Source: Gammaproteobacteria bacterium
GTDB taxonomy: Bacteria > Pseudomonadota > Gammaproteobacteria > Arenicellales > CAJQKF01
Reading direction: 5' to 3'
DNA: 64,000 nt
Assembly: GCA_030429665.1 (NCBI GenBank)
Contig: JAUIEZ010000003.1
Span: 17,885 to 81,884, forward strand
The translations under genes and the position numbers were made by a program. Of this stretch, positions 8,835-18,273 are shown one piece after another. Position 1 is the stretch's first letter. Every line of letters begins with the position of its first letter. The notes below the pieces were generated by a model. That model saw only the letters and a list, made by a program, of their open reading frames with translations, did no database searches and had not been told where the DNA came from.

Positions 8835-10031
8835 CTACAGCCCGATGCGGTGCGCGCGGGCGGTAAAGAAGATTCCGCTCGGCTTGTCTGCTTTCAGTTC
8901 CGCGACCGGTTCGAGCGTGCCGGTGTCGTACACTTTCACCACGTCGCGGTCTCGCACCGAGATCCAGACCTCCTCGCCGCGCGGCTCGAACTCCATGTGC
9001 AGCACGCCCGGACCGGGTACGAGCGTGCGTTCCACCGCCAGCGTCTCGGTATCGATGACCTGCACGGTATCGTTGTCTGGCAGGGCGAAATTCACCCATA
9101 CGCGCCGGCCGTCGGGCTGCGCCATGACGAACACCGGCTGGCCGTGCACGTCGATCCGCCCCGCCTCGGTCCACGTGTTCGTATCGATCACCAGTACCTC
9201 GTGGGCGCCCACCGCGGGAACGAACGCGAGCGTGCCGGCCACGGCCCAACCCTCGAGGTGGGGCATCTTGTACACGGGCAGCTTCTCGCCGCGCCGGCCG
9301 TAGTGCGGCAGCACGCGGGTGACGCCGCGCCCGGGATGCCAAAGATCCAGCATCGCCAGGCCGTCCTCGCCGAACAGGCCGGCGAGGTAGTAGCGTCCGT
9401 CGGGCGTGATCAGCGCGTCGTAGGGATTGCGCCCGACATTCTTGAAACGCGTGATCCGCGGTTCGTCCGGCCGCGTCATGTCGGCGATCCAGATCTCGCC
9501 GGCATCCCACAGGCTGAACACGAAGCGGTTGCCTGGCGCGTCCACGAGGCCGATCACCTTGGACAATTGGCCGTCACCGTAGCGCGCCGGAATGTCTGCC
9601 ACCAGCGCGAGCGTCGCGCTGTCGAACACGCGCACGCCGCCCGGTTCGTAGTTCGACACCGCGACCAATCGCCCGTCCTGGGAGATTGCCCCGCCGATGC
9701 TGTTTCCCGACTGCACGATGCGCTTGTCGACGGTACCCGCCAGTATGTCCACCCGGCTCAGTGCGCCGTCGCGGCCGAACACGTACGCGTAGCGCTGGTC
9801 TCGCGAATAGACCACCGAGGCATGGGACAAGTCGCCGAGTCCCTCCACGCGAGACACCAGGCGGTTGTTCGTCGTTTCCAGCACCCGCAGCGATCCAGCG
9901 GCGCGTTCGATCACCACGCCGAGGTCGCCCGTGCCGATGCCCTCGCCGGCGAATGCTGCCTTCGTCACGGCCAGCTGCACCACGGCCACGAGCGCGGCCA
10001 GGTAAAGACAGTTTCGCAGGTAGTGATTCAT
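8835..10031 (-). CDS. nirF: NirF, cd1-like beta-propeller heme d1 biosynthesis protein
   Basis: Start re-set to ATG 10031 (MNHYLRNCLYLAALVAVVQLAVTKAAFA signal peptide). Propeller homologous to the NirS/NirN C-domains but lacking a heme c motif. ATGA overlap with the nirC stop. Confidence 0.85.
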   Translation of the reverse strand: MNHYLRNCLYLAALVAVVQLAVTKAAFAGEGIGTGDLGVVIERAAGSLRVLETTNNRLVSRVEGLGDLSHASVVYSRDQRYAYVFGRDGALSRVDILAGTVDKRIVQSGNSIGGAISQDGRLVAVSNYEPGGVRVFDSATLALVADIPARYGDGQLSKVIGLVDAPGNRFVFSLWDAGEIWIADMTRPDEPRITRFKNVGRNPYDALITPDGRYYLAGLFGEDGLAMLDLWHPGRGVTRVLPHYGRRGEKLPVYKMPHLEGWAVAGTLAFVPAVGAHEVLVIDTNTWTEAGRIDVHGQPVFVMAQPDGRRVWVNFALPDNDTVQVIDTETLAVERTLVPGPGVLHMEFEPRGEEVWISVRDRDVVKVYDTGTLEPVAELKADKPSGIFFTARAHRIGL

Positions 10032-10345
10032 CGCTTCGCTCCGCTCAACAGGTTTTCCGCCAACCAGCGCGCCTCCTCCTCGGTGAGGAGCCCGCGCCAT
10101 GGCGGCATGGCGGTACCGCCACGGCCGCGCAGGATCACGGCGGCAACGAAATCGGCCGTGTATCCCTCGAGCGCCTCGGGCGTCAGCGGCGGTCCGAGTC
10201 CGCCCGTGAGCCTGAGGCCGTGGCACGAACCGCAGTCGTGGGTCAAAAGTCGATCAAGCTCGCGTGCCCGCCCATGATCGACGCCGTCGGCGGCGACGGC
10301 CGCGGCCAGCAGGCTAGTTGCCAGCCCAAAGCGCCATCGCTTCAT
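10028..10345 (-). CDS. nirC: NirC, small c-type cytochrome (c55X-like)
   Basis: 105 aa from ATG 10345: MKRWRFGLATSLLAAAVAA... signal peptide, a single CGSCHG motif and a distal Met (TAMPPW). Confidence 0.8.
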   Translation of the reverse strand: MKRWRFGLATSLLAAAVAADGVDHGRARELDRLLTHDCGSCHGLRLTGGLGPPLTPEALEGYTADFVAAVILRGRGGTAMPPWRGLLTEEEARWLAENLLSGAKR

Positions 10346-11102
10346 TTGCGCGCTCCTCCCTGGGAAGAAACCAGCCGAGCTCCCCGGCAAGGGCGACGGT
10401 CCGGCCGATCAGCACCAGCGCGGGCGGCACGACGCGATGGAACTGCGCCAGGTCCGGCAGCGATTCGAGCGTGGCGACGAAGGTCCGCTGCTCGATCGTG
10501 GTGCCGTCCTGGATCAGCGCCGCCGGCGTATCGGCCGGCAATCCCGCGTCCACGAGCCGGTCCACCACCAGTTCCAGGCTGGCGAGGCCCATGTAGATCA
10601 CCAGGGTGCTGTCCGGGTTCGACAGCGCACGCCAGTCGAGTTCGAGTTCGCCGTCCTCGCGCAGGTGGCCGGTAACGACCTGAAAGCCGCGGCTGACGCC
10701 GCGATGGGTAAGCGGGATACCCGCGTAGGCGGCGCAGGCCACCGCCGCCGTCACGCCCGGCACGACCTCGAAGGCGACCCCGTGCCGCTTGAGATAGAGG
10801 GCTTCCTCGCCGCCGCGGCCGAACACGAAGGGATCGCCGCCCTTGAGACGAACCACCCGGCGGCCGGTGCGCGCCAGGCTGACCAGCATGCGGTTGGTGT
10901 CGTCCTGGCGCACGCTGTGATGACCCGACGACTTACCGACCGGGATGCGCGTGATACCCGCGGGTACCAGCGACATGATCGCCTCGCTGATCAGGCGGTC
11001 GTATACGACGACGTCGGCTTCCGACAGCAGTCGGTGCGCACGCAGCGTCAGCAAGTCCGGATCCCCCGGCCCCGCGCCCACCAGGAATACCTTTCCGTTC
11101 AT
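10314..11102 (-). CDS. nirE: Uroporphyrinogen-III C-methyltransferase (NirE/CobA type)
   Basis: MNGKVFLVGAGPGDPDLLTLRA...GGDPFVFGRGGEE SUMT motifs. AGGAGG upstream of the ATG. Located between nirS and nirC. Confidence 0.9.
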   Translation of the reverse strand: MNGKVFLVGAGPGDPDLLTLRAHRLLSEADVVVYDRLISEAIMSLVPAGITRIPVGKSSGHHSVRQDDTNRMLVSLARTGRRVVRLKGGDPFVFGRGGEEALYLKRHGVAFEVVPGVTAAVACAAYAGIPLTHRGVSRGFQVVTGHLREDGELELDWRALSNPDSTLVIYMGLASLELVVDRLVDAGLPADTPAALIQDGTTIEQRTFVATLESLPDLAQFHRVVPPALVLIGRTVALAGELGWFLPREERANEAMALWAGN

Positions 11103-11138
11103 CTCGCCAGGCCTCCTACGATTCGGACTCGGCGTTGA

Positions 11139-11169
11139 ATCCGGCCGCGGCGTCGGGCCGCGGCCGGAT
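11139..11169 (-). other. 13-bp perfect GC-rich stem-loop between nirS and nirE
   Basis: ATCCGGCCGCGGC / GTCGG / GCCGCGGCCGGAT, 12 nt after the nirS stop. No U-run, so more likely an mRNA-stabilising or attenuating hairpin than a full terminator. Confidence 0.5.
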
Positions 11170-11180
11170 CAAGCGGTCGG

Positions 11181-12935
<1,755 letters not shown>

Positions 12936-12998
12936 CTAATAGTGGACGTGTTGTTCGTCGCGGAGATTCAATGCTAGGCGCGCGAACCAACGCGCGCC

Positions 12999-13012
12999 TT
13001 GACCCTAGTCAA
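12999..13012. promoter_or_regulatory. FNR/DNR/NNR-type box TTGACCCTAGTCAA upstream of nirS
   Basis: Perfect TTGAC-N4-GTCAA palindrome centred about 97 nt upstream of the nirS ATG. A TAGCAT -10-like hexamer (minus strand, 12971..12976) lies 32 bp centre-to-centre downstream, as expected for a class II site at -41.5. Confidence 0.65.
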
Positions 13013-13107
13013 TATCTCGAGATCGGCGAGGTGGCGGGCGTACCATCCGGGGCCCGGCACGATGACCGGCGGGGGGAGGGTCGATATACAGACGATCGCG
13101 GTCGCGA

Positions 13108-13878
13108 TCAGCCGGGTTTGCGCGCGCGAATATGGGCCGGGCGCAGTTCGCCGCCGCGCACGACCTCGTATTTCAATGTCGAACTTGCCAGCCGGCAGCG
13201 GGCGCTGTCTTCGCCGATGGCGGCGACGAGGCGGTCGAAACTGGCGCCCTCGAGGGTTGCGAGTTCGCGGCGCATCTCTTCCATGTACCAGGCATTGCGG
13301 TCCGTCGATTCGATGGCGACGAACCCGGCGTTCGCGGCGATCGACACGGTGCGATCGAGAGTGTCCAGCGAGAAGCTCAGGCCGACCGCGTCGAGCCAAC
13401 GCTTCATGGCGTCCGATCGCGGCGCGGCGCCGCCGAGCCAGTCGCCGACGGCGAGCCAGCCGCCCGGCCTGAGCACGCGGTACATCTCCGCGTAAACCAT
13501 TTCCTTGTCCGGCACGTGAATCAGCGAATCCTTGCTGAACACGCCGTCGAACGATTCGTCGCCGAAAGGCAGCGGACCGGGCTCCACGACACGGCAATCG
13601 ATGCGACCGGAGAGCTCCAGCGCGCCGACGCGTTCCCGCGCCCGCTCGACCAACGCCGGTTCGATGTCGATGCCGGTGACGTGGCCGGCGCCGTGGTCGG
13701 CGACCAGCACCACGTCGACCCCGCCAATGCCGCAGCCGACGTCGAGCACGTGCGCGCCCGCGACCGGCGTGGCGGCGAGGATGGCGGCCACTTCCGCGGC
13801 GCCGCCGGGCGAGAGGAAACCCTCGCCCCACATCCATTCGAGTCCGCGGACGAAGGTGTCGTCGTACTCGTGGTGCAT
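13108..13878 (-). CDS. Class I SAM-dependent methyltransferase, phosphoethanolamine-N-methyltransferase-like
   Basis: FVRGLEWMWGEGFLSPGG...VLDVGCGIGG...RVLRPGGWL motifs. First ATG at 13878 (MHHEYDD); the track start 13896 is a GTG. Confidence 0.8.
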   Translation of the reverse strand: MHHEYDDTFVRGLEWMWGEGFLSPGGAAEVAAILAATPVAGAHVLDVGCGIGGVDVVLVADHGAGHVTGIDIEPALVERARERVGALELSGRIDCRVVEPGPLPFGDESFDGVFSKDSLIHVPDKEMVYAEMYRVLRPGGWLAVGDWLGGAAPRSDAMKRWLDAVGLSFSLDTLDRTVSIAANAGFVAIESTDRNAWYMEEMRRELATLEGASFDRLVAAIGEDSARCRLASSTLKYEVVRGGELRPAHIRARKPG

Positions 13879-13903
13879 CGTGCCGCGCGCATTCACGGGC
13901 CGG

Positions 13904-14458
13904 TCAAATGAGCGGATAACCGAACAGGTAGCCGTGGACGAACGTGATCACCAGGTAGACCACGACACCCGCCGCCACCACGATCAGGTCCCTGGAAACC
14001 GGGTATGCGACCGTGGCCTTTTGGGCGCCACGAGCGTTCGCCGATACCATTGCCGCCAGGCTGTAGACCACGAACGAGCCGAACAGCACGATGGAGGCGA
14101 GGTCGCCGTTGGCCAGCAGGTGGCCGACGCCCCACAGGACGACGCCCCACAGCATCGGGTGGCGGGTATAACGCTTGATGTTGGTCGGCAGGTGCGCTGC
14201 CGGCAGCAGGATGAAGCCGACAAGAACGAGAAGCCGGGTGAGGTGTTTCAGCGACACCGGCGGCTCCCAGTACGGCACGAAGGGCGCACGCCCCATGCCG
14301 ATGACGATGACGACGACACCGCCAAGAGCGATCGCCGTGAACAGCAGCTTGTAGACGTTCTCTCCCATGCCCGATACCAGCGCGCCACGCAGCGTCGGCG
14401 ACCAAGGCACCATGTGCACGGCAATGAACAGGGCCAGACCAAGGATCAGCAGCGTCAT
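13904..14458 (-). CDS. nnrU: NnrU family membrane protein
   Basis: 184-aa polytopic protein: MTLLILGLALFIAVHMVP...RHPMLWGVVLWGVGHLLANGD, the pattern I associate with NnrU. Adjacent to the nir cluster. Confidence 0.8.
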   Translation of the reverse strand: MTLLILGLALFIAVHMVPWSPTLRGALVSGMGENVYKLLFTAIALGGVVVIVIGMGRAPFVPYWEPPVSLKHLTRLLVLVGFILLPAAHLPTNIKRYTRHPMLWGVVLWGVGHLLANGDLASIVLFGSFVVYSLAAMVSANARGAQKATVAYPVSRDLIVVAAGVVVYLVITFVHGYLFGYPLI

Positions 14459-14868
14459 GCGGGGACCTCTTTCCAGTTGTTGAAGTCGGTGTCGTCGACG
14501 ATCATCTCGATGCCGGCAACGCGCAGGGCGACCGACACGACCGACAGTGCCTCGCCCGCGAGGCTCAGTTTGCGCGGGCCACGAAACACGCCCTTGTTGT
14601 CGATCACCACCGGGGTGTCGCGATACGGTAATCCGAGCGCCGCGAGCGTGCTCGACAGGATCTGTTGCACGCGGCCGGCATCACCTTCCCAGAAGTACAG
14701 GCTTGCAAGCCGTGTAGAATAGATCACCCGGTCACGACCGAGATAATAGCCAACCCGCGACTCGAACACGCGCAGCGCGTCGACGTGGGGCATGAGCTTG
14801 TCCATGCCGGACATGGTGACCCGAAAGGTGGTATGCGCGTTCGCCATTCGGCCATTCTGCCACAACAT
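14455..14868 (-). CDS. Hypothetical cytoplasmic protein (137 aa; an alternative ATG at 14847 gives 130 aa)
   Basis: ATGA-coupled to nnrU downstream. No family recognised. Coding-like GC3. Confidence 0.55.
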   Translation of the reverse strand: MLWQNGRMANAHTTFRVTMSGMDKLMPHVDALRVFESRVGYYLGRDRVIYSTRLASLYFWEGDAGRVQQILSSTLAALGLPYRDTPVVIDNKGVFRGPRKLSLAGEALSVVSVALRVAGIEMIVDDTDFNNWKEVPA

Positions 14869-14968
14869 CGGGGACGTTAATTTGAACGATCATCAACCAG
14901 ACGGGGCGCTTGCCGCCGGCAGCCTGTCATTGCATCTCTTGTCGCTGTGCTCGGAGATCGGCGCGGCG

Positions 14969-15748
14969 ATGACGCTGCCGCGCGTCGACCACGTCTACCT
15001 CCCGCCGCCCCAGGAACACGGCGAGAAGAGCCGCAAGTTCGGCCTGGTGGTGCTCTCCGATCAAAGCACCGGCTTCTTTTATACCTTGCTCGGCGACGAT
15101 GCCGCGCGCGCCCGCGCGCTGCTGCCCGAACTGCCGCGCGACGCGCTCGAACTGGCGCGCTGGTACCTTCGCGAGGACGGCGCGCGCCGCGCCATCGGGC
15201 TGGGTGCGATCGGCGCGATCAGCCAGGCGCTGTTTCGCGCCAGCGGGTTCGTCCCGCCAGACGCCATCAACCCCATTGCCGATCTCGAGCCGTCCGCCAA
15301 CGACCATATCGGCATGGTCGGCTACTTTCCCAGCCTGGTCAGGATGCTGCGCGCGAGCGGCATTCCGCTCACCGTGCTCGAACTCGACGAATCGCTGGTG
15401 CAGCGCGACGAACGCTTCGAGGTCACCACCGAGCCGGCGCGCCTGTCTGCCTGCAACAAGGTCCTGTGCACGGCCTCGACCTTGATCAACGACACCGTGG
15501 ACGAGGTGCTCGCCTGCGCCAGCGGCGCCGACTACGTGGCGCTCATCGGACCGTCGGCGAACTGCGTGCCCGACCCGTTGTTCGAGCGCGGCGCATCCCT
15601 GGTCGGCGGCAGCGCGGTGATGGATTACGCACGCCTCGAGCAATGTTGCGAGACCGGCGAGGACTGGGGCGACTGCGTCCGCAAGTACTGCCTTTCGCCG
15701 GACAACTACCCGGGCACCGACGTATTGATCGAACGTCTCAGCCGGTAG
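14969..15748 (+). CDS. DUF364/DUF4213-like Rossmann-type protein (putative chelatase-like fold)
   Basis: GLGAIGAISQALF...MVGYFPSLV...TASTLINDT...ALIGPSA pattern. First ATG used. The usual N-terminal helix seems to be encoded upstream (LHLLSLCSEIGAA), so a TTG start at 14930 or 14882 is possible. Confidence 0.6.
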   Translation: MTLPRVDHVYLPPPQEHGEKSRKFGLVVLSDQSTGFFYTLLGDDAARARALLPELPRDALELARWYLREDGARRAIGLGAIGAISQALFRASGFVPPDAINPIADLEPSANDHIGMVGYFPSLVRMLRASGIPLTVLELDESLVQRDERFEVTTEPARLSACNKVLCTASTLINDTVDEVLACASGADYVALIGPSANCVPDPLFERGASLVGGSAVMDYARLEQCCETGEDWGDCVRKYCLSPDNYPGTDVLIERLSR

Positions 15749-16484
15749 CGCTCGCGGACGCCCGCAGCCGGTACGCGTACAACGTTTCGTAGCACGGCCG
15801 GCAGGCATCGACGACGCGTTGCGCGGCGTCGTCGAGCGCAATCGTCTTCGGCCTGTAGGGGGCGAACCCCGTGGAGGCCCAGACTGCGTCGTACCAGTAC
15901 TTGCCCCACACGCCGTCGCTGTCGCGCCGCCCGGCGGGCCACGACAGCATGTTCTCGTCGAAGCCGATGCCGACCGCGTCGCACAGCGCGCTCAACAACC
16001 CGCGGGGATTCTCCAGTACGTCGCGGCTGTCGAGCACCACCGGCACCGCCCCGGTGCGGCCGCGCACGTGCTCGAACAGCTTGAGCTGCTGCGGAAAGCC
16101 GAGATCGAACGCGTCGAACGCATCGCGGCGCACGCTGTAGGATGCGAGCACCTCCGCCGGATCGCGAATCAGGAAGCAATTGACGAGGCCGTCGATCCAC
16201 TCCATCGTCATGCCCGGCAGGATGTGATGGGTCATGTGCTTCTGGTACCACACCCGGCGGCCGCCGGGAACCGCCCCGGTGATGCGCTCCACCACCGCCC
16301 GCCAATCGCCGCCCTGGGCGGCGACCACTTCGTCGGCACCGGGGTGTGGCTTGGCGGTGTTGGAGAGATACGGGCCGTACAGCGGTTCGTCCGACACCAC
16401 GCAATCGGCGCGGTTCTCGAACGCGCGCATCATCGCCGTGGAAATGTTTCGCGGACCGGACCACATCGCGATCGTCACCGGCAT
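15738..16484 (-). CDS. Sulfotransferase-like P-loop family protein
   Basis: MPVTIAMWSGPRNISTAMMRAFENRADCVVSDEPLYGPYL N-terminus, typical of the sulfotransferase-like family often mis-annotated as BCAT-like. 11-nt convergent overlap with the previous gene. Confidence 0.55.
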   Translation of the reverse strand: MPVTIAMWSGPRNISTAMMRAFENRADCVVSDEPLYGPYLSNTAKPHPGADEVVAAQGGDWRAVVERITGAVPGGRRVWYQKHMTHHILPGMTMEWIDGLVNCFLIRDPAEVLASYSVRRDAFDAFDLGFPQQLKLFEHVRGRTGAVPVVLDSRDVLENPRGLLSALCDAVGIGFDENMLSWPAGRRDSDGVWGKYWYDAVWASTGFAPYRPKTIALDDAAQRVVDACRPCYETLYAYRLRASASATG

Positions 16485-16542
16485 GGATTCGTCCTCGTGC
16501 CGTGGGTTGTTCGAGCGGACGCCCGCCCTGCCCGACGCCGGT

Positions 16543-17652
16543 CTAGCGGGCCGGTTTCAATCGCGCCAGCACGCCCGGGTTCTCGTCGGTCAACAGGTAC
16601 AGGTAGCCGTCCGGACCGTTCCTCACGTCGCGAATGCGTCCGAGCTCGCCCTGGAGCAGGCGTTCCTCGGACACCACCCGCTCGCCTTCCATCTCGAGCC
16701 GCGCCAGCAGGCGGTACTTGAGCGCGCCGACGAACAGGCTGTCGTTCCAGCGCGGAAACGCGTCGCCGCGATAGAAGGCCATGCCGGACGGGGCAATGGA
16801 CGGGTTCCAGTAATACACGGGGTCCTCGATGCCGGCCTTGCGCCTGCCTTCGCCCACCTGGCGCCCCGAGCCGTACTCGCCGCCGTAGCTGACCACCGGC
16901 CAACCGTAGTTGGCGCCGCGCTTCAGTATGTTGATCTCGTCGCCGCCCTGCGGGCCGTGCTCGAGTTCCCAGATTGCGCCGGTCTCCGGGTGGCGGGTCA
17001 TACCCTGGGGATTGCGGTTGCCATAGGTGAAGATCTCCGGTCTGGCGCCGTCGCGGCCCACGAACGGATTGTCCGCCGGCACCGAGCCGTCGCGACCGAG
17101 CCGCATCACGCCGCCCGGATGCGTGGAAAGGTCCTGGGAATTCTCGCGCTGACCGCGCTCGCCGAGCGCAAGATAAAGATAGCCTTCCGGGTCGAAGTCG
17201 ATCCGGCACCCGAAGTGGCGGCCGCCGTTGACCTTCGGCTCGGCCACGAACAATACCTCGACGCCCTCGAGCGTCGCATCCGAGAGCCGTCCCGCCGCCA
17301 GCTCGGTGCCGTACCCGCCGAATCCGCCCGCCGCGTAGCACAGGTAGATACGCCCGTTGGTTTTAAAGTCCGGATCGAGCGCCACGTCGAGCAATCCACC
17401 CTGGCCGGTCGCGGTCACTTCGGGCACGCCGTCGACGCGTCTCTTCGAACCGTCGGCGGCGATCCGGTTGAGCCGGCCCGGCCGCTCGGTGACCAGGAAC
17501 TCGCCCCGCGGAAGGAAGGCCACCGCCCACGGGTGATTGAGCTCGCCGGTAACGATCTCGACGACGAAGTCGTGCCGTTCGCTGTGGTGGACTCGTTCGG
17601 CCACGGCCGCGGCGGGCAGGAGAAAACAGGCGAGAATGCAAAGGGCTTTCAT
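16543..17652 (-). CDS. PQQ-dependent soluble sugar (aldose/sorbosone) dehydrogenase
   Basis: Signal peptide MKALCILACFLLPAAAVA, then ELNHPWAVAFLP...ERGQRENSQD...GNRNPQGM...EHGPQGGDE propeller motifs of the YliI/GSDH family. Confidence 0.8.
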   Translation of the reverse strand: MKALCILACFLLPAAAVAERVHHSERHDFVVEIVTGELNHPWAVAFLPRGEFLVTERPGRLNRIAADGSKRRVDGVPEVTATGQGGLLDVALDPDFKTNGRIYLCYAAGGFGGYGTELAAGRLSDATLEGVEVLFVAEPKVNGGRHFGCRIDFDPEGYLYLALGERGQRENSQDLSTHPGGVMRLGRDGSVPADNPFVGRDGARPEIFTYGNRNPQGMTRHPETGAIWELEHGPQGGDEINILKRGANYGWPVVSYGGEYGSGRQVGEGRRKAGIEDPVYYWNPSIAPSGMAFYRGDAFPRWNDSLFVGALKYRLLARLEMEGERVVSEERLLQGELGRIRDVRNGPDGYLYLLTDENPGVLARLKPAR

Positions 17653-17681
17653 CGGTTCGGCTCCGCTGTCGATCGTATTCG

Positions 17682-17695
17682 TTGATCCGGGTCAA
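17682..17695. promoter_or_regulatory. FNR/DNR-type box TTGATCCGGGTCAA in a divergent intergenic region
   Basis: TTGAT-N4-GTCAA centred about 76 nt upstream of ATG 17765, with GATAAT (17720..17725) 34 bp downstream. Only about 36 nt from the divergent ATG at 17652. Confidence 0.5.
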
Positions 17696-17764
17696 TGGTG
17701 CCGGAAGCCGGCGCCGTGCGATAATTTAATTATTGTAACTGGGGACATTGCCTTCATTCCCGGC

Positions 17765-18250
17765 ATGAAACGAACGCTCTTGATCCTGTCGCTCTTCGTG
17801 TGCGCGCTGGCGAATGCCGCCGAGGTGCCGGTGGCGACCAACCTGGGCGCCGACGGCGAGCGAGCGCGCGCCGCCGGCCAGCCAGTAGTGGTGCTGTTCA
17901 CGGCAAGCTATTGCGCGTGGTGTACCGCGGTCAAGCGCAATTACTTTCGCCACCTCGACAGCGATCCACGCTACGCGTCGCGCATCATCGTCCGCGAGGT
18001 CGTGATCGACAGCAACGACGCGCTGACGGACTTCGACGGCCATGCCGCCACACACGACGGCTTCGCCGGCGCCAATGGCGTCTCCCTGGTGCCGACGGTG
18101 CGATTTTTCGACGGCAGCGGCGCCCAGGTCGCCGATCCCCTGGTCGGCGTGTCCAACATGGATTTCTACGGCTGGTACCTCGACCAGCGCATCACCCGCG
18201 CCATGGAACGCGCCGGACCCACCCCCTTCGCGAACCGGGAGCCGGGTTGA
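17765..18250 (+). CDS. Exported thioredoxin-fold protein (CxxC)
   Basis: Start re-set to ATG 17765: MKRTLLILSLFVCALANA signal peptide and VVVLFTASYCAWCTAVK thioredoxin-like CxxC motif. Confidence 0.7.
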   Translation: MKRTLLILSLFVCALANAAEVPVATNLGADGERARAAGQPVVVLFTASYCAWCTAVKRNYFRHLDSDPRYASRIIVREVVIDSNDALTDFDGHAATHDGFAGANGVSLVPTVRFFDGSGAQVADPLVGVSNMDFYGWYLDQRITRAMERAGPTPFANREPG

Positions 18251-18273
18251 TCGGTTGGCGGCGCGGCCTGTCG

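Noticed and set aside
14882-14896. FNR-like sequence TTGAACGATCATCAA between the nnrU operon and the DUF364-like gene
   Set aside because: The half-sites are separated by 5 nt instead of 4 (TTGA-N7-TCAA rather than TTGA-N6-TCAA), unlike the three well-formed boxes in the window. It may also lie inside coding sequence if the DUF364-like gene uses an upstream TTG start. It is not counted as a site.
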